Of a stretch of DNA of 64,000 nt, positions 52,354-62,698 are shown in pieces. The notes below the pieces were generated by a model that ran no database searches, was not told the DNA's origin, and saw only the letters and a list, made by a program, of their open reading frames with translations. Origin of the DNA: Octopus sinensis (lineage: Eukaryota); assembly GCF_006345805.1 (NCBI RefSeq), contig NC_042997.1, forward strand, positions 185,504,001-185,568,000. Reading direction: 5' to 3'. Each line of letters begins with the position of its first letter. Within the stretch, counting starts at the first letter, position 1. Both the position numbers and the translations under genes were made by a program.

Positions 52354-53140
52354 CGTTTTATGTAGTCGTAGATGTGTTCTATCTGAAAAGTAGATAGAAT
52401 GATCACATCTGAAATGCTTTTGATCATTGGTCTGTTCATTTCGATCTGACCAAACGATAAACAACTCAAGAACCACAACAAGGACAGCAGCAACAAAAAT
52501 TTATGGCTATACAGAAATTGATATGAGACAGGATTTGAAACTTATCGGTAGAGGGGCTCCGAAAGGGATCTCACGGTGTAGCATCCCTGCCTTCCTGAGC
52601 TAGTTTTCCATCACATTTCTTAAGAATCGTGGTAGAGGCCACATTTCTAGAAACTGAGGCTGGGGTTAAACAAGGGCATGCTCCTCGTGGAAAATCCAGC
52701 TCCAAAAGAGCCTCATGAAAGCAAAGGAGAATGGGCACCAGCCAGCCCATAATGGATCACATATGCTCTTTCTAATCTAATGTTGTTGTTTCTGTCACTT
52801 GGAGAGATGCGGGTAATCTAATTATATCCGACTATTACTTTTGCTTAGTTCACAAGCGTGTTATATATGCGCATGTCTGGATATTAGTGTGTGTGTGTGT
52901 GTGTAAGTATGTAGATTCGCATGTATGAGTGTGTCTGTGTGTGGTATACTCTTTTACTCTTTTACTTGTTTCAGTCATTTGACTGTGGCCATGCTGTAGC
53001 AGCGCCTTTAATCGAGCAACTCGACCCCAGGACTTATTCTTCTTGTAAGGCCCGTACTTATTCTATCGGTCTCTTTTGCCGAACCGCTAAGTAACGGGGA
53101 CATAAACTCACCAGCATCGGTAGTCAAGCAATGCTAGGGG

Positions 53141-53240
53141 NNNNNNNNNNNNNNNNNNNNNNNNNNNNNNNNNNNNNNNNNNNNNNNNNNNNNNNNNNNN
53201 NNNNNNNNNNNNNNNNNNNNNNNNNNNNNNNNNNNNNNNN
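53141..53240. other. Assembly gap (100 N)
   Basis: Run of n; flanked by oppositely oriented SINE A pieces. Confidence 1.
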
Positions 53241-53880
53241 GGCTCAGGATTGGCTGTGTGGTAAGTAGCTTGCTTAACAACCACATGGTTTCGGGTTCAG
53301 TCCCACTGCTTGGCACCTTGGGCAAGTGCCATGTACTCTAGCCTCGGTCCAACCAAAGCCTTGTGAGTGGATTTGGTAGATGGAAACTGGAAGAAGCCCA
53401 TCGTATGTATATATATATATATATAAAGGCGGCGAGCTGGCAGAAACGTTAGCACGCCGGGCGAAATGCGTAGCCGTATTTCGTCTGCCGTTACGTTCTG
53501 AGTTCAAATTCCGCCGAGGTCGACTTTGCCTTTCATCCTTTCAGGGTTGATAAATAAAGTACCAGTTACGCACTGCGGTCGATATAATCGACTTAATCCC
53601 TTTGTTTGTCTCCTCTGTGTTTAGCCCCTTGTGGGCAATAAAGAAATATATATATGTGTGTGTACGTGTGTGTGTATTTGTACCTCCCCACAAACTCGCT
53701 AGACAACCGATGCTGGTGTGTTTACTTCTCCGTAACCTAGCGGTTCGGCCAAAGAGACCGATAGAATAAGTACTAGGCTTCCAAAGAATAAGTCCTGGGG
53801 TCGATTTGCTCGAGTAAAGGCGGTGCTCCAGCATGGCCGCAGTCAAAGGATTCAAACAAATAAAAGAATAAAATAAAAGA
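53241..53880 (+). mobile_element. SINE A with a SINE B nested in its internal microsatellite
   Basis: A head 53241-53405, TA tract, complete B about 53426-53648, TG tract, A tail about 53670-53880. Confidence 0.85.
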
Positions 53881-54158
53881 AAGGATATATATATATATAT
53901 ATATGTATGTATACACACATACATATACATATATATATGTATAAATATGTTATATGCATATATATATATAATACTTATAAGTATATAACATGTATAGGTT
54001 TTACTGTATTTATGTATATATGTATGCATGTATGTATGTATTAATAGATTCCTTTTGACTTTGAAAACAGATTTTCTAAGACATAAAACTGTGTTTTGTT
54101 GAGACATTATATTTTTGTGCGATTTTTTTATCTTAATTTTTCTCGTGCTTATTATACA

Positions 54159-54526
54159 TCTTTATATATAAAAGAGAGGTTGTGTGTCTTCCTAACTACT
54201 CCCACATTTTGCGGTGCAGTTTAACCAAAACCGGGTATCTTATAGTCGTGATTTATATCAAGCCTTTCTGGGTATTAGCGCGCGTCTACGATTTAAAAAA
54301 AAAATTTACCATCATTTTTTTCCATTTTAATGCATTTTTTCGCTATTATATAAGGGAAGTAACTCTCTAAAAATGTCTACGATGAGTCAACGATTTACAA
54401 AAATTTACCATAATTTTTTTTCCATTTTTAATGCATTTTTTTGCTATTTTTTGGCTATAACTCTCTAAAAATGCTTATATGGTTATTTCCTTTACAAACC
54501 CGAGCAACGCCGGGTGATACTGCTTG
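54159..54526 (+). mobile_element. Non-autonomous Helitron
   Basis: A|TCTTTATATATAAAAG start; hairpin acccg-agcaacgc-cgggt 54498-54515; CTTG|T end; internal ~100-bp tandem duplication. Confidence 0.75.
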
Positions 54527-54864
54527 TCTAAATATGAAATTTCTGCTCTCATGGCTGCAGTAAGAACCCAATTGGAATTAATTAATATACACTCTGAGGA
54601 ATTCCAACCACGTTTCGTGTTTCTCTACCACATGAGCTCCTTTATAGGATCCAGTGGCTAAAGGCATCATCAGAAGGAACCACATCCGGTTTCGTTCCCT
54701 ACTCCGCTGCCGTTTTCGACATGGTGCCCCCCTTCTTTCGGAGGTGTCTTCAGCTCTGGTGTTGAATGCGTTTCTTCTTTCTCTTTTTTTTCTTTTGGTT
54801 TTTGATTTCTTCGATGCAGCGTCAACAAATATTAGCGGGCGACTTGACCATCCTACTAAATTCC

Positions 54865-54962
54865 CATTTAAATACTCGCCGGTACGCTCCAGCAGTCAGC
54901 ACCAGCTAACTGTCACGTGACGCTGTCAAAACTTCAACAGACCAATAGAGGGGGAGGGCACG
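54865..54962 (-). promoter_or_regulatory. Candidate Pol II promoter cluster
   Basis: On the minus strand, in order: ccctccccc GC-box-like, CCAAT (plus 54942-46), GTCACGTGAC E-box, TATTTAAA (about 54867-74); motif reading only. Confidence 0.3.
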
Positions 54963-55149
54963 TAGTTTTAGACCGTGCCCTCTCTAAACCTGCCTTCTGT
55001 TGTGTTAGTTTCAGTTCTAGCACCCAGAGTCGACCAGCTGTTTGGTGGTACAAGCCTTCGAACCAGGAGGAGGGCGCGCTATGAACGAGATCGCTATCTT
55101 CACCCACTTGTCAATCAGCGATACTTGCTTAAGTGTCAGCCAGCCTCAC

Positions 55150-56430
55150 CTAGCGACACTATTTCCCAGTCGGCATGTTTTGGGTCTTCTCGCTTCAGCC
55201 GTATATAGAAGCTGGCTCCTTTATCTTCCTTATTACTTTTCTCAGCTCTGAGCTCGAGAATGTAAACCTTCTTTTAAATAACATCATCATTTTCCTTTCA
55301 ATAAAGCCTCAAGCCCCCACTGCCAGGTGGTAATATATTTCTTTACTACCCACAAGGGGCTAAACACAGAGTGGACAAACAAGGACAGACAGACGGATTA
55401 AGTCGATTACATCGACTCCAGTGCGTAACTGGTACTTAATTTATCGACCCCGAAAGGATGAAAGGCAAAGTCGACCTCGGCGGAATTTGAACCCAGAACG
55501 TAACGGCAGGCGAAATACGGCTACGCATTTCGCCCGGCGTGCTAACGTTTCTGCCAGTTCGCCGCCAGGTGGTAATACTCGACAGTCCATCCCTGTTCTC
55601 CTCACTCTTCAATTAATCTCTCATACCTCTTCTCCTTCCGTTGTTCTGCATTAGCGATGTTCTCTTCCCAGGGCACTGTCAGCTCTATCAAAATTCCAAT
55701 TTTCCGTTTGTGTTCCATAGGATTAAGTCAGCTATTTTTGTTGTTTTTATGAGTAGAAATATTTACAGTCTTTCCAAATCCGCAGCTAGCTCCCAGTATC
55801 CCTTCCATCTTTCGTCTGTCTCGTATATCTTTTGAAAGCTTGGCCTTATGTCCTTTTCTCTCCGTCTGAAAGTATATTTTTCCGCGCTTTCCACTTTTTG
55901 GTATTCTCCCCTATTATATCCCTCGGTCTTCTCCTTGAGTGCTGCGCTTATGACACCGAGGATTGATTGGGATGCCATATATATCTGTCAAGAGCTAGCC
56001 TGCAGTTTGACAGAACATGTCTCACCGTCGTTTTCTCTCCGCATCTACATTCATCAGTTGTCTGTATGTTCCACCGGACTAAATTCGCATGAGAAGGTAA
56101 AATGTTGAAGGTAGACTTAATCAGGAAGAATGTTTTTGCTTGTTCCCAAGCCCAAAGTTCCTTCTGCGAGATTCTGCGACTGACTATATATTCCTCCCAT
56201 CTCAGGCACTGTCCCTGTTGACTACATTGCACCAAATGTACAAATTCGCCTTTCTTCTTCCTCCTTTCTCACTTCGAGTACCACTGCCTTTTTCATCTCT
56301 TTTACACTGCTCATGCAAAATGGCTAGTAGTTGTGCAACCCTAGACCGGCTCATGCTTCTTGTGTCGCTCCGACTATATCGGCCTGCCTTAGCTTTCCGA
56401 TCGCCCTGTTTACTGCCTCTTACGCTGTAG
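55150..56430 (-). mobile_element. HERO-like non-LTR element C-terminal region (zinc knuckle plus restriction-like endonuclease), decayed
   Basis: AVNRAIGKLRQADIVGATQEA*AGLG; QQGQCLRWE; FLIKSTFNILPSHANLVRW; CRCGEKTTVRHVLSNC..AL.RY.W; DLILW..IELTVPWEENIANAEQRKEKRYERL; AVGA*GFI. Confidence 0.85.
55336..55563 (-). mobile_element. SINE B inserted in the HERO endonuclease, 14-bp TSD
   Basis: TSD gccaggtggtaata at 55322-55335 and 55564-55577; removing the SINE restores VEYYHLAVGA*GF. Confidence 0.92.
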
Positions 56431-57280
56431 GAAATATATCATCGCAATAAGAATTTTTTTTTTTACAATGGATATTATTTATTAATGCAAATCAATGTGG
56501 ATGCGTCTACGTAGTATCTCGATATTATACAAATACCAGCCAAATCTCACCCTCGGCGCACTTAACTGTCTGAATGTAAAAGGACACATTGGATAATATA
56601 ACATTGATTATATAGCTCCTTTCGTTCAGACAAAAACAGCAACATTATTTATTTTGAATCTGTTGAAAAAACAAGCGGTGTGATTAGCTACTGAAAAGAA
56701 TAATATACGCCATCAAGATCCTATTTTATTTGGCTTTCCTCTTTATTTTCATTCTGGTGGAAAATGTGATGTAATAATAATAATATATAAGAGTCGTCTT
56801 TTCGCTGTGACGATGGTAAATGCCTAGCAATCTTGTCTTAAGAGCAGTGGTTCGTAAACATGTTTTATTTGCGACGCACTTTAAAGCTAAAATAAGAGAT
56901 ATTTGGGCATCAAGTCAAAATATGCATTATAAAAAGTTATTTATATTTCTCTATTTGACCTAGTACACAAGGTCTCCAATATTTCGTAGCACTTAATGAT
57001 AGGTTGTATGTATATAAAGATCAATTTATTTTCCCTATTTATTGTTTTATTCGTTCAACATAGATTTCATATCTGGAATTCTCAATGTTATTATCATTGT
57101 AAATAAAATCTGCACAGTGTATTATAAGATAAAGTAAAATGGTTAAGATTTTCGATTGTAACTATTATATAAAATTTATTTTTATCAGCCACTTCACAAA
57201 CACACGGTTTTGGGTACTTGTTTTCTATCTTAGATTCGTGTTTATAAAGTGTCTAATTAAATTTAACGCCTATAACGCCT

Positions 57281-57358
<78 letters not shown>

Positions 57359-57581
57359 GTGTGAGTATATGTATATGTATATGTGTATATATATATATGT
57401 GAGTATATGTATATATGTATATGTATATGTATATAATATATATGTATGTATGTATGTATATATGTATGTATGCGTGTGTGTGTATGAATGAGTGTGCGTG
57501 TGCTTGTATGTGAGAGGGTATATATTATATATATATATATATATATTATATATATGTGTGTGTGTGGTGTGTGTGTGTGTA

Positions 57582-57930
57582 CAGGGGTTTGACAAAATAA
57601 TGGGAACACCCAGCGTCATAGCATCATAATTCTGAAATATCTATAAAACCGTGAAAAGCTTGTTTATTTTTTGATTTGTTATTCGTGATGCCTAATATGT
57701 TTTGCTAAAATTGCTGCTTCGTTTCAGATATCCTCAGAAAAAGGTAATTAAAATTCATTAAGATGACAGATCTATCGGACTTTCAAAGAGGTCGAATTGT
57801 TGGTGCTCGTATGGCAGGCGCTACCGTAACGGAAACAGCCGAAATGTGTATCAAGAAGTACTGTTTTGAATGTAATGACAGCCTATGAGAAACAGGAAAA
57901 AAACCTCTTCATCGAAACAACACTCAGGAA
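57582..57930 (+). mobile_element. Tc1-type transposon left end and transposase N-terminus
   Basis: TA|CAGGGGTTTGACAAAATAATGGGAAC end; MTDLSDFQRGRIVGARMAGATVTETAE from 57763. Confidence 0.85.
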
Positions 57931-58230
57931 ACCATCAAGGTGCTTGAGAAAGTGGTAGTCGGTAGGAAAAAGGACTGGAGAATAAGCTGGGTGGAGAACT
58001 TCGTAGCCAAATACCCTCAACTTCTGGAGCGTCCTTAGTGAAGCGTGTGGTCGAGCATTGTCATGAAGGATGACTGATCCTCTTCTGTTGACCAGTCTGG
58101 GACGGAGGGGTAGCAGTTTTTCATTCATTTTGGCAATTTCATGGCAACATGTTTCTGTAGAAATGGTTTCTCCAGGTTTTAAGACGTTAAACTCAGTAAA
58201 ATTCTGTACAAATTCTTCGTGGTTCAAAAC
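57922..58230 (-). mobile_element. mariner catalytic-domain fragment fused to the Tc1 piece
   Basis: RPRLVNRRGSVILHDNARPH...GYEVLHPAYSP.L.PTDYHFLKHLDGFL (ORF 57883-58227). Confidence 0.85.
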
Positions 58231-59769
58231 GTTGCTTACTTTTTACTCAACCTGATAGCTGCTGATATACAAAAAAAAAAAAAAAAGAAAAAAAGAAAAA
58301 AAACGAAAAAAAGAAAAAAAATCAACGTGGCTGAGGTAGGAAAACTTGATCATTTCGTCTTTTGTATATTGCAAACTAAACTGTCTGATATGTCCACTAG
58401 GTTTTTTTTTTTTTTTTTTTCTAAGATAGTGGTGAGTAATATAAAGAAGACTGACACAAGGCTATTCAATCAGGGCTGACGAGGGACTGAACAACAATAA
58501 TAACTGAATGCTGCAGTTATATTTGCATTCAATAAAATCGTCAATAGTCAATAGACAGCTCGGCATCATTTAACTACCAGGATATGGATCTCTATTTGTA
58601 ATGATGAACCTTACAAAAAAAAAATCTAGCGAAATTAATCCTTATATTTAGGTTTCTTATATTGTTTTTACTTTTCGACATTTGGTCGATATATTATCGG
58701 ATTAAAAAAAGTTGCTCATTCTATATCTCTCTCATTCCTCTCTCTCTCTTTCCCGAGATATTTCTCGCGGCGCCGGGTTAGATGCGAATATATTGCTTAG
58801 ACGGCTGATGATAATTCATTCAATGTATAAGGGAAACAGCTGGCGTAGATGTCTTTCTGAATGACATGAGCGGATTTACTGAAAATATAAAAAAGAAAGG
58901 ACGAGAATTTTTAAAAACAAAAAAACAAAGAATTCCTATATATATATATATATATAAAAAAAACTAAGAGGAAATAATGAATTCAGAGAAAATAATATCA
59001 AACTCTTAGCATCTGTGCTTCACTTTCTGTGCAGAAATATATACGCAAAACAGTATACAAGCACGAATCAAAATGCGAGTCATACTAGGCCAGATTACTT
59101 GCTTGAAATAGCAGCTAGATCTTTCCACGATGATACACAATCGCCCTAAGTTAGAAAGGAGATATGTAGGTAATGTGGTTCTAGACATAGAAAAACCACC
59201 TCTGTGTGTATATATGTACATATGTATATGCGTGTGTATGGAGAGAGTGTACAATTTGTTGAAAAATCCAGGGGAATAATTACAAGGTAGGTAAAATGTT
59301 GTTTAAGTGTCCCAGGATTTAATTCAGGGATAGTAAGTCGTATTTAGTAGAAAATAGGAAAATTGAATAACCTAATAATAATTTCTGCAAATTTTCTTTT
59401 TATTTTTTCTTCCATCTTACTTCCCATAATTTCCCCCCTCTCCCCGTCTTTCCTTTTTTTTAATGAATTTTTTTTAATATTTACAATTTGGCCGTTTCTC
59501 TCCCCCTACTTCTCTCTCTTTTACTTTGGTTTATCCCCCTTTCTTTCCTCCTCCCTATCTTTCTATACATCTCCTCTCATAATACCTAGTTTGTCTCGAT
59601 AACGTCATTTCAAATTCCTAGCGTCTCCTGTTCGTACGTAAGCATTTTGTGAAGGAACAACAATGTATATATGCTTAAGTACGTGTGTATATGTGTAAAC
59701 AGTTATGTGTTTGGGTCTATCGATGTTTTGGGATGTGTATGCTCTTGTGTATGTATACGTTCCTTTCTG

Positions 59770-60115
59770 TATACCCTTACTTGTTTCAGTCTTGTGAAGG
59801 TGGCCATGCTGGAGCACCACCTTTAGTCGAGCAAATAGACCCTAGGACTTATTCTTTGTAAGCCTCGTACTTATTCTATCGGTCCCTATTGCCGAACCGC
59901 TAAGTTACGAGGACGTGAAACACACCACCATCGGTTGTCAAGCGATGTTGGGTGGACAAATAAAAACACACTCACACACACATATATACGACGGGCTTTG
60001 GTTGGCCCGAGGCTATGGTAGAAGACACTTGCCCAAGGTGCCACACAGTGGGATTGAGCCCGGAACCATGTGGTTGCTAAGGAAGCTACTTACCGTACAG
60101 CGACTCCTACGCCTA
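59770..60115 (-). mobile_element. SINE A, internally deleted
   Basis: Tail and head on the minus strand. Confidence 0.8.
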
Positions 60116-60356
60116 TGGGGTTAAGTATGTGATAAGTATGTTTATTTTAGCAGAAAGAACGTTTCTCTGTCGTTGCCGCGAGAATATGTACAAGTATATG
60201 TGTAGATATATGCATATACTCTTTTACTCTTTTACTTGTTTCAGTCATTTGACTGCGGCCATGCTGGAGCACCGCCTTTGCTGGAGCACCTCACATATGT
60301 GTGTGAGTATATTTCTGCTTGTGTAAGTTTGCATTTGAATATATTTCAATATACAT

Positions 60357-60765
60357 AGGCGCAGGAGCGGCTGTGTAGTAAGCAGCTTGCTTCCCAACCA
60401 CATTGTTCCGGGTTCAGTCCCACTGCGTGGAACCTTGGGTGAGTGTCTTCTACTATAACCTCGAGCCGACCAAAGCCTTGTGAGTGGATTTGGTAGACCG
60501 AAACTGAAAGGAGCCCGTCGTATATATATCTGTGTGTGTGAGTGTGTGTGTGTATGTGTGTGTGCGCGCGCGCGTATATGTATATATGTATATGTATATG
60601 TATTTGTGTCTATGTTTGCCCAACCATCGCTCGACAGCATAGCGGTTCGGCGCAACTGATCGATAGAATAAGTACTAGGCTTACAATGAATAGGTCTTGG
60701 GGTCGATTTGTTCGACTAAAGGCGGTACTCCAGCATGACCACAGTCAAATAACTGACACAAGTTA
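60357..60765 (+). mobile_element. SINE A
   Basis: Head aggcgcaggagcggctgtgtag, microsatellite, tail. Confidence 0.85.
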
Positions 60766-61861
60766 AAGAAATATATGTATGTGTCTTTGCGTGTATGTGT
60801 ATGCATATATTTATGTATATGTTTATATAAAAAATGTATATATAAATATGTTTATGTGTATGTGCATGTATATTAATGCGTGTATATGTATATGTGTTTG
60901 TATACGTTTGTATTTTTGTATGTATATGATATTTATATTTACACGTCACATATTTGAGTATGTGTACGCGTGTGTGCATGTGAATATAAATACGCTACAT
61001 TTTAAAGGGCATTCTATTTCTGTTAACTTGTCTGTTTGATGAGATTGTTATTTATATCTTTCCTCGTGAGATTGATGCACTGCTGACGATAATTTATCTT
61101 ATCCGACATTTTTGGTGTGCATCCGTCGAATCATATGTAGATGAATTTAAGATATAGATGGTTTAACAACATCAGCAGTGATCGTCTCCCTATTCAATTT
61201 TCCTATATATATATATGTGTGTGTGTAGTTATATGTGTGTGTGTGTGTATGTATGTAAGTATATTCTTTCAATGTGTAAAAATAACAAGGAGAGAATAAG
61301 TAAATAGTTATGAAGGTAGCAAAAATTTACAGAAATGCCAAAGATATTACTGCCTACATATTAAGGTAGAAATTCCAGGGTTAAGTGAAATGTTTTTGTA
61401 TAGCATGGATAAATTAAGAAATGAAGTCAAACGCAGGTGTTATTCAAATCATTTATACTTCCAACATATGTTTCGATAAAAGCATTGAGATTATTCCGGA
61501 GGGGATAAAAATGATATAGAATAATGCAATCATCATGCCAGGGAAAAAAAAGAGAACAAGACACGACAATAAGCCATTTTAACCGAATGTGATTACTGCG
61601 TGTGTGTGTGTGTGTATATATATATACACAGTATTATATATATATATATATATATATAAACACACATATATACGACAGGCTTCTTTCAGTTTCAGTCTAC
61701 CAAATTCACTTTGGTCGGCCCAAGGCTATAGTAGAAGACCGAAGGTGCCACGCAGTGGGTCTGAACCCGGAACCATGTGGTGGGTAAGCAAGCTACTTAC
61801 TACACAGCCAGTCCCATATATATATGGGACTGGCTGTGTAGTACGTAGCTTATATATATAA

Positions 61862-62090
61862 GAGTAATCACATAATGCGAAACAAGGTGGTAAAAATAGT
61901 ACTCGAATACCAGAGGGAGAGTAATATGCTTTATTAAAATGCAGCAAAAATATCACAAAAAATGTTACTCAGAGTTTCACGTTCCCGTTCGTCAGACAGT
62001 TTTGTGCAGAATTCTAAACAAAACTATCCGACGAACGGGAACGTAAAACTCTAAGTAACAGTTTTTGTGATTTTTTGTTGCATTTTAATA

Positions 62091-62092
<2 letters not shown>
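61862..62092 (-). mobile_element. Fold-back hammerhead-bearing mini-element, between (TA)n tracts
   Basis: Reverse-oriented relative of 35416-35636 (shared tail gagtaa.cacataa.g.gaaacaa.gtgg..aaaa.agtactc.aataccag); two inverted HHR copies. Confidence 0.8.
61954..62006 (-). ncRNA. Minimal type I hammerhead ribozyme candidate, canonical core
   Basis: CACAAAACUGU-CUGACGA-ACG(GGAA)CGU-GAAA-CUCUGAG-UA^ACAUUUUUUGUG. Confidence 0.75.
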
Positions 62093-62146
<54 letters not shown>

Positions 62147-62698
62147 ATATGAGTGTGTGTGTGCCTGTGCCTTTGTATATGTGTTTGTCCTCCTATCGCT
62201 GCTTGACGACCGGCGCTGTTGAGTTTGCTTCCTCGTAACTGACCCGTTCGTTAAAAGAGACCGACAGAACAAACACTATGCTTTGTTCGATTAAAACCCT
62301 TCAAAGTGATGCTCCAGCATGGTCGCATCAAATGACTGAAACAAATAAAAGAATAAAAGAATAAAGAATATATGTGTACACGAGTGAGTGGAGAAACGAA
62401 AGAAAATCGCACTCAATACATTTAGTAGATTAAGTTACATTTAGTAAATTAAGTACCAGCTGCGTACTGGGGTCGATCTAATGGACTGGCCCCCTACCCC
62501 AAAATTTCGGGCCTTATGCCTAGAGTAGAAAAGAAGTTAACATTTTTTATATAACCTTTTCATTCGACCCGATGCTACTGAAAGTTTTGTATACGCGTTG
62601 CATGAACCTAGGTTGTCGGAGTCAGGCGGTTGGGTAGTCTACAGTTTAAGCTAGCAAGCGAATATGACGACAGCGTTCGTAGACTCCAACAAAGACCA

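Noticed and set aside
52550-52760. Possible RTE-related 5' or SINE fragment
   Set aside because: Single decayed copy in the window; family not supportable
53100-53410. Apparent inverted SINE A pair
   Set aside because: Spans an assembly gap, so the arrangement cannot be trusted
54654-54920. 88-aa ORF MAKGIIRR...
   Set aside because: No recognisable domain; reads as the antisense of a purine-rich stretch; no splice support
58801-58850. CTGATGA...GAAACAGCTG as a hammerhead
   Set aside because: Helix II does not pair, U16.1 is replaced by G, helix I unclear; chance or too decayed to call
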